From an uncultured Actinomycetota bacterium (GTDB taxonomy: Bacteria > Actinomycetota > Humimicrobiia > Humimicrobiales > Humimicrobiaceae), in the NCBI GenBank assembly GCA_964556165.1, contig CAZKVH010000005.1:1269-65268 (forward strand): 64,000 bases of DNA, in the 5' to 3' direction. This document shows, piece after piece, positions 1-10,433 of the stretch (position 1 is its first letter; each line of letters begins with the position of its first letter). The notes beneath the pieces were generated by a model. That model was not told the origin of the DNA and made no database searches. It saw only the letters and a program-made list of their open reading frames with translations. Both the position numbers and the translations under genes were made by a program.

Positions 1-1269
1 CTGGATAATCCCTGACGAAAGAGTGGAAATAAATCTTATCAAATGATCGCTTGCTTTAAGTTTTCCTTCAAGGCTATTTATATTATATTTTTTTATAATT
101 GAGTCAATAGTAAAATCAATAATCCCGGGCGCTTCTTCAACCTTTTTTATAAGAGCTTCCCTGCCCTTCTTTAATACAAAATCAGCAGGGTCGTAATTCT
201 CTTCAAGCACGGCAACCCTGATGTTTAAATTATTCTCATAATACAGGTCAAGCCTCTCGTTATATTCCCTCAATCGTTCTACCCCTTTTAGAGAAGCGCT
301 AATGCCCGCCTCATCACTGTCAAAAACAAGCACTATATTCTTTGTAAATCTTCCCAGAAGCTTTATCTGCTCGGAAGTAAGGGCCGTTCCAAGACTTGCA
401 ACCACATTTTTTATACCGGACTGAAAGAGTGCCATCACATCTGTATAGCCCTCCACTATAAGCACCTCATCTTTTTCAACGATATAATTCTTTGCCTGAT
501 ATATCCTGTAAATATTTTTACTTTTTGAATAAAGCCTTGTCTCGGGGGTATTTATATATTTTGCTTTCTGGTCTCCCGTCCTGCTTGTTTTAGAAATAAT
601 CCTTCCTCCAAAACCTATGGTCTTCCCAACAATATCGCCTATAGGAAAAATTATTCTTCCTCTAAATCTGTCATATACTCCCGTGCCCCCGCTTCTTCCT
701 TCTATAGCAAGACCGCACTGGACCAGCTCGACCGCAGTATACCCTCTCTTTATTGCAAACTTTGAAAAACTATCCCAGCTGTCAAGGCTGAACCCCACCT
801 CAAATTCATTCAGGATACTATCTGTAAATCCCCTTTCCTTTAGATAATTCAGGGAAGTCAGCCCGGCTTTACTGTTAAAAAGCACGAAATTGAAATATTT
901 TTTAGCCAGTTCATTTAACTCAATCAGCCTGTTTTTAACGTTTGTTGACTCTTTACTGGCACCTGATAAATTATACTTTAAATTATAACCAACCCTCTTT
1001 GCCAGAAATTCAACTGCTTCTACAAAATCCAGATTCTCAATTTTCTCTATAAAATTTATTACATCTCCGCCTGCTCCACAGCCGAAGCAGTGGTAAAGTT
1101 GCTTTGACGTATCAACAGTGAAAGACGGAGTTTTTTCTTTATGAAAAGGACAGAGACCCGTATAATTTTTGCCTGTTTTCTTTAGTTTAACGTAATTGGA
1201 TATAACACTATGGATATCTGCTCTGGATTTTAGTTCCTCTACTTCACCCTCTTTTAGACTTCTTCCCAT
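1..1269 (-). CDS. dnaG: DNA primase DnaG (N-terminal part; gene continues beyond window start)
   Basis: Reverse translation from 1269 gives MGRSLKEGEVEELKSRADIHSVISNYVKLKKTGKNYTGLCPFHKEKTPSF..CFGCGAGGDVINF, the zinc-ribbon CPFH/CFGCG motifs of bacterial primase. No stop before position 1, so the ORF is open to the window edge. Confidence 0.85.
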   Translation of the reverse strand, partial: MGRSLKEGEVEELKSRADIHSVISNYVKLKKTGKNYTGLCPFHKEKTPSFTVDTSKQLYHCFGCGAGGDVINFIEKIENLDFVEAVEFLAKRVGYNLKYNLSGASKESTNVKNRLIELNELAKKYFNFVLFNSKAGLTSLNYLKERGFTDSILNEFEVGFSLDSWDSFSKFAIKRGYTAVELVQCGLAIEGRSGGTGVYDRFRGRIIFPIGDIVGKTIGFGGRIISKTSRTGDQKAKYINTPETRLYSKSKNIYRIYQAKNYIVEKDEVLIVEGYTDVMALFQSGIKNVVASLGTALTSEQIKLLGRFTKNIVLVFDSDEAGISASLKGVERLREYNERLDLYYENNLNIRVAVLEENYDPADFVLKKGREALIKKVEEAPGIIDFTIDSIIKKYNINSLEGKLKASDHLIRFISTLSSGIIQ

Positions 1270-1467
1270 TATTTACCCGATACTTAAATATAATAGTTAT
1301 AAAATATTCCTGCAGGAACCGAATTAATTACAGAACTTAATTTTTTTAATTACTTATAGTTAAGAAATCTAAAATTATTTTACCACTAATATATTTTTTT
1401 ATAAGAGGATTATCTCCGATTATTTCAATAAATTCAGTGCTATTTTTTATTTTTCTGTTTTTTCTCT

Positions 1468-4101
1468 CTATTCGATTTCTCCTATTGCTGCTCTTGCTGC
1501 AGCCAGCCTTGCAATAGGAACCCTGTAAGGTGAGCAGCTTACATAATCCAGTCCTACATTATGACAGAATTCAACTGAGCTCGGGTCGCCACCATGCTCA
1601 CCGCATATTCCAATCTTTAGATCCTGTCTTGTTTTTCTTCCTCTTTCAACAGCCATTTTAATAAACTCGCCAACTCCGTTTCTGTCAATCGTGGCAAATG
1701 GGTCCTTTTCCAGTATCCCTTTTTCTATATAATCAGGAAGAAACTTTCCGGCATCGTCTCTTGAAAACCCAAATGTCATCTGGGTAAGGTCGTTAGTTCC
1801 AAAACTAAAGAATTCAGCTTCACTGGCTATCTCCCCTGCAACAACACATGCTCTTGGAACTTCTATCATGGTCCCTACTTTATAATCAAACTTCTTTTTC
1901 CCTTCCTTCATTGTTTCATCTGCAATCTTAACAATCTGTTCTTTAAGAACCTTGATTTCATTTATATTACCCACCAGTGGAACCATTACTTCCGGTTTTA
2001 CCTTAAGTCCCTTTTTGGCAAGCTCGATAGCTGCTTCGAAAATTGCCCTTACCTGCATTTCAAGAATTTCAGGGTAGCTAATAGAAAGTCTGCATCCTCT
2101 GTGGCCCAGCATCGGGTTCATTTCATGAAGAGATTTGACTGTCGCTTTCAGCTCATCGAATCCTATACCAAGTTCTCCTGCTATCTCTTTTATATCTTCA
2201 TCTTCATGGGGCAGAAACTCGTGAAGAGGCGGGTCAAGTAACCTTATGGTCACAGGTAACCCCTTCATTACTTTAAATATATCTACAAAGTCTTTTTTCT
2301 GCATCGGCAGAATCTGCTTCAGGGCTTTTTCTCTTTCTTCTCTGTTTTTAGCCACTATCATTTTTCTTACTGCCTTGATTCTATCTGCTTCAAAGAACAT
2401 ATGCTCTGTCCTGCACAGACCGATTCCTTCTGCTCCGAAACCCCTGGCAACTTCAGCATCATGAGGAGTATCGGCGTTTGCTCTTACACCTATAGATTTA
2501 AATTCATCAACCCAGCTCATAAACTTTTTGAAATCGTTTCCTATAACAGGGTCAACAACAGGAATTTTACCTTTAAACACTTCTCCCGTTGCGCCATCAA
2601 GAGTAATCCAGTCACCTTTGTTTATCCTGCTGCCGTTTACTTCAAAATATTTCTTGCTTTCGTACACTTTTATTTCTTCCGCACCTGCCACGCAGCATTT
2701 ACCCATCCCCCTTGCTACAACAGCAGCATGTGAGGTCATTCCTCCACGTGCAGTTAAAATACCCTGTGCCACTGCCATCCCCTGGATATCCTCCGGGGAA
2801 GTCTCTGTTCTTACCAGAACTACATTATCTTGCTTTGCATCTTCTACTGCGGCGTCGGCATCAAAAACAACCCTGCCCAGAGCAGCACCTGGAGATGCAG
2901 GAAGCCCTTTTGTAAGAAGTTCTGCTTTTTCTTTTGCTTTATTATCAAGCTGCTTGTGAAGTAGCTGGTCCAGCATCTGTGGCTCAACTCTTGTCACAGC
3001 AGTCTTTTTATCGATATATCCTTCCTTAACCATATCAACAGCAATTTTCAATGCAGCAAATGCTGTTCTTTTACCGGTCCTGGTCTGGAGTATGTATAAT
3101 TTACCCTCCTGGATTGTGAATTCCAGGTCCTCCATTTCTCTGTAATGGTCCTCAAGTTTTTCCCTTACACCAACCAGTTGCTTGTAGATTTCAGGCATTT
3201 CTTTCCCTAATTTGGATATAGGCTGGGGAGTTCTTATACCTGCAACAACATCTTCTCCCTGAGCATTAAGCAGATATTCACCATAAAATTTATCCTCTCC
3301 TGTTGCAGGATTCCTTGTAAAAGCAACACCTGTCGCTGAGTTTGTTCCCATATTGCCAAAAACCATTGCCTGAACATTCACAGCAGTCCCAATATTATGT
3401 GGTATATCATGAAGATTTCTGTAAGATATGGCTCTTTTATTGTTCCATGAGCCAAACACAGCATTAACAGACATCTCAAGCTGTTTCCTCGGTTCCTGTG
3501 GGAAACTTCTTCCTTTGCTCTCCTTTATAATTTTCTTATAATCCTCTACAAGCTCCTTTAAATCATCTGCATCCAGTTCAGTATCATATTTTACTTTTTT
3601 CTTATCCTTTCTTGCCTGGAGCGCTTTCTCAAAACTGTCATGTTCTACTCCCATTACCACGTCGCCAAACATCTGTATAAATCTCCTGTATGAGTCCCAG
3701 CCAAATCTTGCGTTGCCTGTCTTCTCAATCAGGCCCTTTACCGTCTTATCGTTCAGACCAAGGTTAAGAACCGTGTCCATCATACCCGGCATAGAAATAG
3801 CTGCCCCTGACCTTACGGAAACAAGAAGCGGGTTCTTTTCATCTCCAAATCCCATGCCCATTTTATTTTCAAGTTTCTCTAGATTCCTGTCAATCTGCTC
3901 GTCCAGACCTTCGGGACATTTCCTGCCAAGCTCATAAAACAGATTGCACACTTCAGTTGTTATGGTAAAACCACAGGGTACAGGTAGCCCTATGTTTGTC
4001 ATCTCCGAGAGGTTAGCTCCCTTTCCTCCCAGCAGTTTTTTCATCTCTTTTTTGCCTTCGCCAAAAAAATACACATACTTTTTTGAAGCCATTCTTATCA
4101 A
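1468..4101 (-). CDS. ppdK: pyruvate, phosphate dikinase
   Basis: 877 aa. N-terminal PEP-utilising ATP-grasp, central phosphohistidine region (GGMTSHAAVVARG) and C-terminal TIM-barrel motifs (RTND, GICGE). Confidence 0.95.
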   Translation of the reverse strand: MIRMASKKYVYFFGEGKKEMKKLLGGKGANLSEMTNIGLPVPCGFTITTEVCNLFYELGRKCPEGLDEQIDRNLEKLENKMGMGFGDEKNPLLVSVRSGAAISMPGMMDTVLNLGLNDKTVKGLIEKTGNARFGWDSYRRFIQMFGDVVMGVEHDSFEKALQARKDKKKVKYDTELDADDLKELVEDYKKIIKESKGRSFPQEPRKQLEMSVNAVFGSWNNKRAISYRNLHDIPHNIGTAVNVQAMVFGNMGTNSATGVAFTRNPATGEDKFYGEYLLNAQGEDVVAGIRTPQPISKLGKEMPEIYKQLVGVREKLEDHYREMEDLEFTIQEGKLYILQTRTGKRTAFAALKIAVDMVKEGYIDKKTAVTRVEPQMLDQLLHKQLDNKAKEKAELLTKGLPASPGAALGRVVFDADAAVEDAKQDNVVLVRTETSPEDIQGMAVAQGILTARGGMTSHAAVVARGMGKCCVAGAEEIKVYESKKYFEVNGSRINKGDWITLDGATGEVFKGKIPVVDPVIGNDFKKFMSWVDEFKSIGVRANADTPHDAEVARGFGAEGIGLCRTEHMFFEADRIKAVRKMIVAKNREEREKALKQILPMQKKDFVDIFKVMKGLPVTIRLLDPPLHEFLPHEDEDIKEIAGELGIGFDELKATVKSLHEMNPMLGHRGCRLSISYPEILEMQVRAIFEAAIELAKKGLKVKPEVMVPLVGNINEIKVLKEQIVKIADETMKEGKKKFDYKVGTMIEVPRACVVAGEIASEAEFFSFGTNDLTQMTFGFSRDDAGKFLPDYIEKGILEKDPFATIDRNGVGEFIKMAVERGRKTRQDLKIGICGEHGGDPSSVEFCHNVGLDYVSCSPYRVPIARLAAARAAIGEIE

Positions 4102-4217
4102 ACCCTTTCTTATTTTGAAATAAAATTACTAATAATCTAAAACCAAATTGAAATATGATAACAGAAAAATAAAAAAAAATTAAGAGGTATATTAATTTAA
4201 TTATTATTTATCAATTA

Positions 4218-6350
4218 TTAATTATCGTTAATCTCTAACTTCGAGAAATCTGCTATCGTCATATAAAGGTCAACTGCCTTCTTTACAAGACCAATACGAT
4301 TGTTCCTTAATTTTTCGTCTTTATCCATAACCAGGACTTTATCAAAAAACAAATCCACAACCACTCCGAAATCATAAAGCTCATTAAGAACATCTTTATA
4401 TTTTTTATCTTCCGAAAGCTTTCCAATCAATCCCTCTTTATCACTTATTGACCTGTAGAGCTCCTTTTCATGCTCTTCTTTAAGTAAATCAGCATCTACC
4501 CTGTCAGAGATGCTTCCCTTTATTATATTTTTGCATCTTACCATCGGGAAATATAGCTTTTTTATATCCTTTTCTTTAATAAATTCTTCAATAGCACCGT
4601 ATCTTAAATTTATCTCAGGAATCGAACTGCATCCTGAACCCAGGACTGATTCTAAAATGTCCAGTCTCCTGTTCTCTTTTTCAAACATAAATCTTAATCT
4701 TGCTATTATAAAATCTCTTATGTCCTTAGCTACTCGCAATTTATCTTCATTGCTGAGCTCAGAATATGCGGGATATAGCTTAAGGTTATAATCAATCAGA
4801 CCATCAAGGTTAAAATCATATTCGCCTTTAGGCACTGAAAGAATAATACCGGAGGCTTTTCTTCTTAAAGCAAAGGGGTCTTCAGAGCCGGTGGGTATTT
4901 TACCTGCCAGAAATATGCCTGTTATGGTGTCAACTTTATCGGCAATAGATAGTATAAGCCCAACATCGTTTGAAGGCAATATGTCATCTGCGAATCTCGG
5001 AAGATAATGTTCGAAAACTGCGCTTGATACTTCAGCCTTTTCGCCTCTTTCCTCTGAATACTGGCGCCCTACAATACCCTGAAGAGAAGGAAATTCCACT
5101 ACCATATCCGTAACAAGGTCACACTTGCAGAGCATACTTGCCCTGGCAAGGTCCTCTACTAAATCAGTATTCTTAAACTCCTGTTTTTTCTTTAACAATC
5201 CTGACATAAAGTTTGTTATTTTCTTCAACCTTACGCTCTTATCATAAATACTGCCAAGACCTGAAAAGAAAATAACTCCTTTCAGCTTTTCGGTCCAGAA
5301 ATCAAAGTCATGTTTTTTATCCACTTCATAAAAATATGCCGCATCACTCAATCTCGCTCTAAGCACCCTCTCGTTTCCTTTTCTGATTTCGCCTGTATCC
5401 TTAATTCCATTCTGAATAATTATAAAATTGGTGCTTATATTTCCAGAAGAATCAAGAACTGCAAAATACTTCTGGTGATATTGTATTGATTCGATTAATA
5501 ATTCTTTTGGAATGTATAAAAACTCTTCCGGGAAGCTGCCGGCAATAACATTTGGTATTTCAACCATGTTTACGACATCATTTAAAAGGTCATTATCAAT
5601 AATAACCTTAAATTTACCCTTCCATATTTTTTCTTCAAGATTCTTTATCTGTTCAAGTATTAATCTTCTTCTATCACCTGCGACAGCCATTACCCTGCCC
5701 TTTTTGCTCAGGATTTCTAAATAATCGTTGCTATTCTTTATGGTTATTGGTTCCGGGCTAATCATGCGGTGTCCATAAGTAATATTAGAAGAAACCAGGT
5801 TTTCAATATTAAATTTTATTATTTCATTATCATAGAGGGCAAGAATCCACCTTATGGGACGGGCAAATTTTATACTGTAATCAGCCCATGTCATCTGCTT
5901 GCTAAACTTTAAAGAAAGAATAGTATCCCTGAGTATAAACGCGAGAAGCTCCTTCGTTTTTTTACCTTTCTCTAAAATTCTTTTACCGAGATAGAGGCCT
6001 TTACCCTGCACTTCTATTTTTTCAAGCTCGCTTACTTTTAAATTTAAACTCTTTGCAAAACCCCTTGCAGCACCTGTGGGGTTACCAGAACTGTCAAAAG
6101 CAATTCCTACCGGGGGACCTGTTATTATTTTTTCTTCCGAATCCTGAGTTTCAATTAAATCATCAACTATAGAAACGAGTCTCCTCGGAGAGCTATATAT
6201 ATTAATACTGCCGAATTTTAATCTGTTTTCGGTAAATTTACTTTCTAAAACCTCTTTCAGGCCCCTGACTCCCTCCTGAATACACGACGGGGGCATCTCT
6301 TCCGTACCGATTTCAAAAAGTAATTGTTTTCCCTTCACATTAATATTCAT
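4218..6350 (-). CDS. glyS: glycine--tRNA ligase beta subunit
   Basis: 710 aa, immediately downstream of glyQ on the same strand. Typical GlyS length and conserved blocks. Confidence 0.9.
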   Translation of the reverse strand: MNINVKGKQLLFEIGTEEMPPSCIQEGVRGLKEVLESKFTENRLKFGSINIYSSPRRLVSIVDDLIETQDSEEKIITGPPVGIAFDSSGNPTGAARGFAKSLNLKVSELEKIEVQGKGLYLGKRILEKGKKTKELLAFILRDTILSLKFSKQMTWADYSIKFARPIRWILALYDNEIIKFNIENLVSSNITYGHRMISPEPITIKNSNDYLEILSKKGRVMAVAGDRRRLILEQIKNLEEKIWKGKFKVIIDNDLLNDVVNMVEIPNVIAGSFPEEFLYIPKELLIESIQYHQKYFAVLDSSGNISTNFIIIQNGIKDTGEIRKGNERVLRARLSDAAYFYEVDKKHDFDFWTEKLKGVIFFSGLGSIYDKSVRLKKITNFMSGLLKKKQEFKNTDLVEDLARASMLCKCDLVTDMVVEFPSLQGIVGRQYSEERGEKAEVSSAVFEHYLPRFADDILPSNDVGLILSIADKVDTITGIFLAGKIPTGSEDPFALRRKASGIILSVPKGEYDFNLDGLIDYNLKLYPAYSELSNEDKLRVAKDIRDFIIARLRFMFEKENRRLDILESVLGSGCSSIPEINLRYGAIEEFIKEKDIKKLYFPMVRCKNIIKGSISDRVDADLLKEEHEKELYRSISDKEGLIGKLSEDKKYKDVLNELYDFGVVVDLFFDKVLVMDKDEKLRNNRIGLVKKAVDLYMTIADFSKLEINDN

Positions 6351-6365
6351 GATTATCCTTTATTT

Positions 6366-7238
6366 TTATCCCTTCTCAAGAAGCGGGAAACCAAGCTCCT
6401 CTCTCTGCTTTATGTAAGCAGAGCATAATATCCTTGCGAGATTTCTTATCCTTGCTATATATGAAGTTCTCTCTGCCACACTTATGGCTTCCCTGGCATC
6501 AAGCAAATTAAAAATATGGGAACACTTAAGTACATATTCGCATCCCACAAAGACCAGGCCTTTTTTTATAACCAATTTAAACTCTCTCTCATATTTATCA
6601 AAAAAATCAAGAAGCATATCAATTGATGCTACCTCAAAGTTATAAGCCGACCATTCCTTCTCAGACTCAAGATGAATATCTCCATAATTTATATCATCAG
6701 ACCATTTAAGTTCCCAGAAGCTGTCTTTATCCTGCAGATACATCGCAATGCGCTCCAGACCGTAAGTTATTTCTGCTGACACGGGCTTGAGCGCCAGGCC
6801 ACCCATCTGCTGGAAATATGTAAACTGGGTTATTTCCATCCCGTCTGCCCATACTTCCCATCCCAGACCCGCAGCTCCAATTGTTGGTGACTGCCAGTCG
6901 TCTTCAACAAAGCGTATGTCATGTATCTTAAGGTCAATTCCAAGTCTCCTGAGGGAACCAAGGTAAAGCTCTATAACATTATCCGGGGATGGCTTAAGCA
7001 ATACCTGGAACTGATAATAAAACTGTGTCCTGAATGGATTCTCGCCGTACCTTCCGTCAGTAGGCCTTCTGCTTGGCTCAACATAGGCAACATTCCAGGG
7101 CTCGGGACCAAGACATCTGAGGAAAGTATCGGGATTAAATGTCCCCGCGCCTTTCTCAATGTCAAGGGGCTGCTTTATAATACAGTTATTATCTGCCCAG
7201 TATTTCTGCAGGTTAAAAATAATATCCTGAAAATTCAT
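6366..7238 (-). CDS. glyQ: glycine--tRNA ligase alpha subunit
   Basis: 290 aa. Conserved GlyQ sequence ([27 protein letters not shown]..). Confidence 0.95.
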   Translation of the reverse strand: MNFQDIIFNLQKYWADNNCIIKQPLDIEKGAGTFNPDTFLRCLGPEPWNVAYVEPSRRPTDGRYGENPFRTQFYYQFQVLLKPSPDNVIELYLGSLRRLGIDLKIHDIRFVEDDWQSPTIGAAGLGWEVWADGMEITQFTYFQQMGGLALKPVSAEITYGLERIAMYLQDKDSFWELKWSDDINYGDIHLESEKEWSAYNFEVASIDMLLDFFDKYEREFKLVIKKGLVFVGCEYVLKCSHIFNLLDAREAISVAERTSYIARIRNLARILCSAYIKQREELGFPLLEKG

Positions 7239-7330
7239 AATTTACTTATTTTAATAACAATGATTTTAATAGTCAATTAAACCGGGAAGGATAAGCCGGG
7301 ATTTTATAATAAAAAAAACATCTGTAATAC

Positions 7331-8113
7331 TTATATTCCTATTTTTTTTAGATATTTAAAGCTATCTACATTACATTCGGTATGATAAACTAAATAATCT
7401 TCTATCAACTTATATACTCTTTTTAAAGTAAACGGATTTATCTCCATATCCCTGAAATCTTCTATTTTCATTCTGGATAAATCATATAAAAACCTGTAAT
7501 CCGAGGCGCTTAAAACTTCGCTGCCTGCCAGTGAAGATGCGCAGGTATCACAGAGCACCCCGCCATATTTTATAGAAAAATAAATTTTATCCCTGTTGAA
7601 AGAATATAGTTTTTCAAGAGGCCTGTTGCATTTGCTGCAGCTCTCAAGTAGGGGAGCATATCCCAGGACACTTAAAAACTTAATTCCAAAAAAACACATG
7701 ATTTTTTTTAATAACGGTATATCCTCCATTCCTGCATTGTTTATCTCATTAAAACATATGTAAATCAGCTTAAAAATAGAGGGAGAAGACTCGCTGCCTG
7801 ATGCCTGGGTTTTTAAAATGATATTGCTTATTATTTCACTAAAGACGAATTTGGAAAAATCAGAAGGAATATTTTTAAAGCTTTTTATTATTTCTACCTG
7901 ATTTATAATGTCCAGGTTCCTGCCCCTGGTAAGCTCCAGCTCCACAAGATTAAAGAGTTCCAGCCTCCCGCCAAACCTGCTGCGTATCTTACGTGCGCCC
8001 TTTGCAACTGCGCTTATTATATCCCCTTCAAGGGAATACATCTTCAGTATTTTATCAGACTCGCCCAGTTTATAAGTCTTTAAAATAATAGCCTTTGCTT
8101 TATAAGATGGCAT
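7331..8113 (-). CDS. recO: DNA repair protein RecO
   Basis: 260 aa. N-terminal OB fold and C-terminal Cys zinc motif (CSKC..CDTC). Sits in the conserved era-recO-glyQS neighbourhood. Confidence 0.8.
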   Translation of the reverse strand: MPSYKAKAIILKTYKLGESDKILKMYSLEGDIISAVAKGARKIRSRFGGRLELFNLVELELTRGRNLDIINQVEIIKSFKNIPSDFSKFVFSEIISNIILKTQASGSESSPSIFKLIYICFNEINNAGMEDIPLLKKIMCFFGIKFLSVLGYAPLLESCSKCNRPLEKLYSFNRDKIYFSIKYGGVLCDTCASSLAGSEVLSASDYRFLYDLSRMKIEDFRDMEINPFTLKRVYKLIEDYLVYHTECNVDSFKYLKKIGI

Positions 8114-8116
8114 TTT

Positions 8117-8827
8117 TTATTTATCAAAAATAGCGCTGTATTCTTTTAATATATTAACTCCACTGCTCGTCCCCAGCCTCGTAGCGCCAGCATCTATAAG
8201 CGCCTGTGCATCACCAAAAGTTCTTATCCCTCCTGAAGCTTTCACTCCTATATTCCTCGTAACCACTTCCCTTATCAGTCTTATATCGTCAAGCTCCACT
8301 CCCTTGACACCAAAGCCTGTAGAGGTTTTCACAAAATCGGCACCCGACTTTTCAATAATAGCGCATACTTTTTTTATCTCATCTTTGGTTAGCGCAGCAG
8401 TTTCTATGATAATTTTAATATCGATATGCTTGTTATACTCCGCTATCTGCTCGCGCCTGATTACATTTACCACAATCTTTATTTCCCTTTCGACATATTC
8501 GTAATTACCGCTCTTTACCGCCCCGAGATTTATAACCATATCGAGCTCATCCGCACCTTTTTTCACATTGTCTCGTGCTTCGAAAACCTTTGCCTCGGTA
8601 GTGTTTGCGCCCAGTGGGTAGCCAACCACCGAACAGACTTTTACGTCACTTCCAGCCAGCATTCTTTTTGCCTGTGTTATATAAGCTGGATTAATGCACA
8701 AAGCAGCAAAATGGTACTTTTTAGCACCGATACATAGCTGCTCTATTTCCTTTGATGTTGCAAGAGGATTAAGCAGTGTCTGGTCTATTGTTTTTGCCAA
8801 TTGTTCTTTAGTTAACGTTTTTACCAC
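8117..8827 (-). CDS. deoC: deoxyribose-phosphate aldolase
   Basis: 236 aa. DeoC family with the Schiff-base lysine context FVKTSTGF. Confidence 0.85.
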   Translation of the reverse strand: MVKTLTKEQLAKTIDQTLLNPLATSKEIEQLCIGAKKYHFAALCINPAYITQAKRMLAGSDVKVCSVVGYPLGANTTEAKVFEARDNVKKGADELDMVINLGAVKSGNYEYVEREIKIVVNVIRREQIAEYNKHIDIKIIIETAALTKDEIKKVCAIIEKSGADFVKTSTGFGVKGVELDDIRLIREVVTRNIGVKASGGIRTFGDAQALIDAGATRLGTSSGVNILKEYSAIFDK

Positions 8828-8936
8828 CGGCCTTTCGTTTAAGAATTTTTTTAATATATTTATTTTTTAATTTTATTAGCTTTCAGTTTATTCTAATTGC
8901 CTTTAATATTGAATAATATTTTTTATCCCGGAATAA

Positions 8937-9839
8937 TCAATAGCCAAATCTATCAAGCATCATTTCATTCTTTGTCCAGTTTTTTTCAACCTTAACCCAG
9001 AGCTCCAGAAAGACTTTACTGTGCAAAAGAGCTTCAAGCTCCAGTCTTGCCTCTCTCCCAGCTTCCTTAAGCATACTGCCTGACTTGCCAATTATTATAG
9101 CTTTATGTGAAAGTTTTTCAGCGTAAATGTTACAACCTATTATTATTAGATTCTCACCTTTACTGCTGGTGGTTTCCTCAAATCTCTCGACACTTACGCT
9201 TACGCTATGAGGGAGCTCCTCAGATAATCTTTCAAATAATTTTTCCCTTACTATCTCCGATATTGTTCTTTCCATGGTCTGGTCAGTGGTTACATCCATA
9301 TCAAAGTATCTGGGACCTTCCGGTAGCTTCCCTATCAAAGAACCCAGAAACCTGTCAAGATTCTTACCTGTTTTTGCTGAAATTTCACCCAAATAGTCAA
9401 AAAAATCAAAATCTTTTATTTTTTCCTTCTCTCTTTTTATTACATCTTCCGAAACCATATCAATTTTGTTTAAAAGAAGAAACTTTGGTACAGGTCTGTC
9501 TTTAACATGGTCAATTACAAAAAAATCACCGCTTCCTATCCCTGCGGCTACGTCCACCATTACTACAATCAAATCCGAGTCATTAATCACGCTTATAACA
9601 CGATTATATAATCTTCTTCCCAGTAAATTCCTTGGCTTAAAAAACCCCGGGCAATCAACAAATATTACCTGTGAATTTCCTGTATTTAAAATACAATTAA
9701 TTTTATCTCTGGTAGTTTGTGCCCTGCTTGAAGTTATAACCACTTTCCTGTCCATTATTTTATTGATTAGCGTTGATTTCCCTACATTTGTCCTTCCAAT
9801 CAGACCAACAAACCCCGATTTAAAGTTATCCTTACTCAT
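8937..9839 (-). CDS. era: GTPase Era
   Basis: 300 aa. G1 motif GRTNVGKST, DCPG, NKID, and a C-terminal KH domain. Confidence 0.92.
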   Translation of the reverse strand: MSKDNFKSGFVGLIGRTNVGKSTLINKIMDRKVVITSSRAQTTRDKINCILNTGNSQVIFVDCPGFFKPRNLLGRRLYNRVISVINDSDLIVVMVDVAAGIGSGDFFVIDHVKDRPVPKFLLLNKIDMVSEDVIKREKEKIKDFDFFDYLGEISAKTGKNLDRFLGSLIGKLPEGPRYFDMDVTTDQTMERTISEIVREKLFERLSEELPHSVSVSVERFEETTSSKGENLIIIGCNIYAEKLSHKAIIIGKSGSMLKEAGREARLELEALLHSKVFLELWVKVEKNWTKNEMMLDRFGY

Positions 9840-10303
9840 TTGAGTTCCAATCTCATTAAACTTCTGTCCACTCCTTTGCCATATTCATTTTTTCTATATC
9901 CAATTTTTTTGAAGCCAGATTTTTCATAAAGGTGTATTGCAATCTCATTCCCGGGGTCCACAGTCAGCTCCACCGCTATAAAACCATCTCGCCTCAATAT
10001 GCCAATTGAATTTTGCAGAAGTTCATTACCTATACTTTTATTTCTGTACTTTTTATCTACATAAAAGGAGTGAATAAAAGCAGTATTGTCTTCTCCCCAG
10101 CTCTTAATAATTTCACAAACCCCGATAATATCAGAGCTATTTTTTAATTTAGCTACAATAAATTTTCCATATCTTATTATTACCGGTATGACCCACTGGT
10201 TTATTGAGGCGTCTTTTCCAAGATTTCTTTTTTCAAGTTTCGATATTCTGTTAACCAATCTCAAATCAAAATCTTTTATTTCCTGGAAAATAATATCTTC
10301 CAT
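9836..10303 (-). CDS. GNAT family N-acetyltransferase (possibly RimI-like)
   Basis: 155 aa acetyl-CoA-binding fold. 4-nt overlap with era suggests translational coupling. Confidence 0.6.
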   Translation of the reverse strand: MEDIIFQEIKDFDLRLVNRISKLEKRNLGKDASINQWVIPVIIRYGKFIVAKLKNSSDIIGVCEIIKSWGEDNTAFIHSFYVDKKYRNKSIGNELLQNSIGILRRDGFIAVELTVDPGNEIAIHLYEKSGFKKIGYRKNEYGKGVDRSLMRLELK

Positions 10304-10433
10304 GTTAAGAAATGGTATCCGAAAAAAATTAAAAAAATATATCTACCTCAATTTTAGCATTGTCTGTCAATATTTTTTATTTTATAACAGAAGGTAGATA
10401 ATGAATAATGTGGATTTTTTATAAATACCTTAA

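Noticed and set aside
617-847. 76-aa plus-strand ORF
   Set aside because: Lies inside and antisense to dnaG.
7239-7330. T-box leader upstream of glyQ, as in many Firmicutes
   Set aside because: Only 92 nt separate recO and glyQ, far too short for a T-box (~250 nt). No specifier/T-box motif present.
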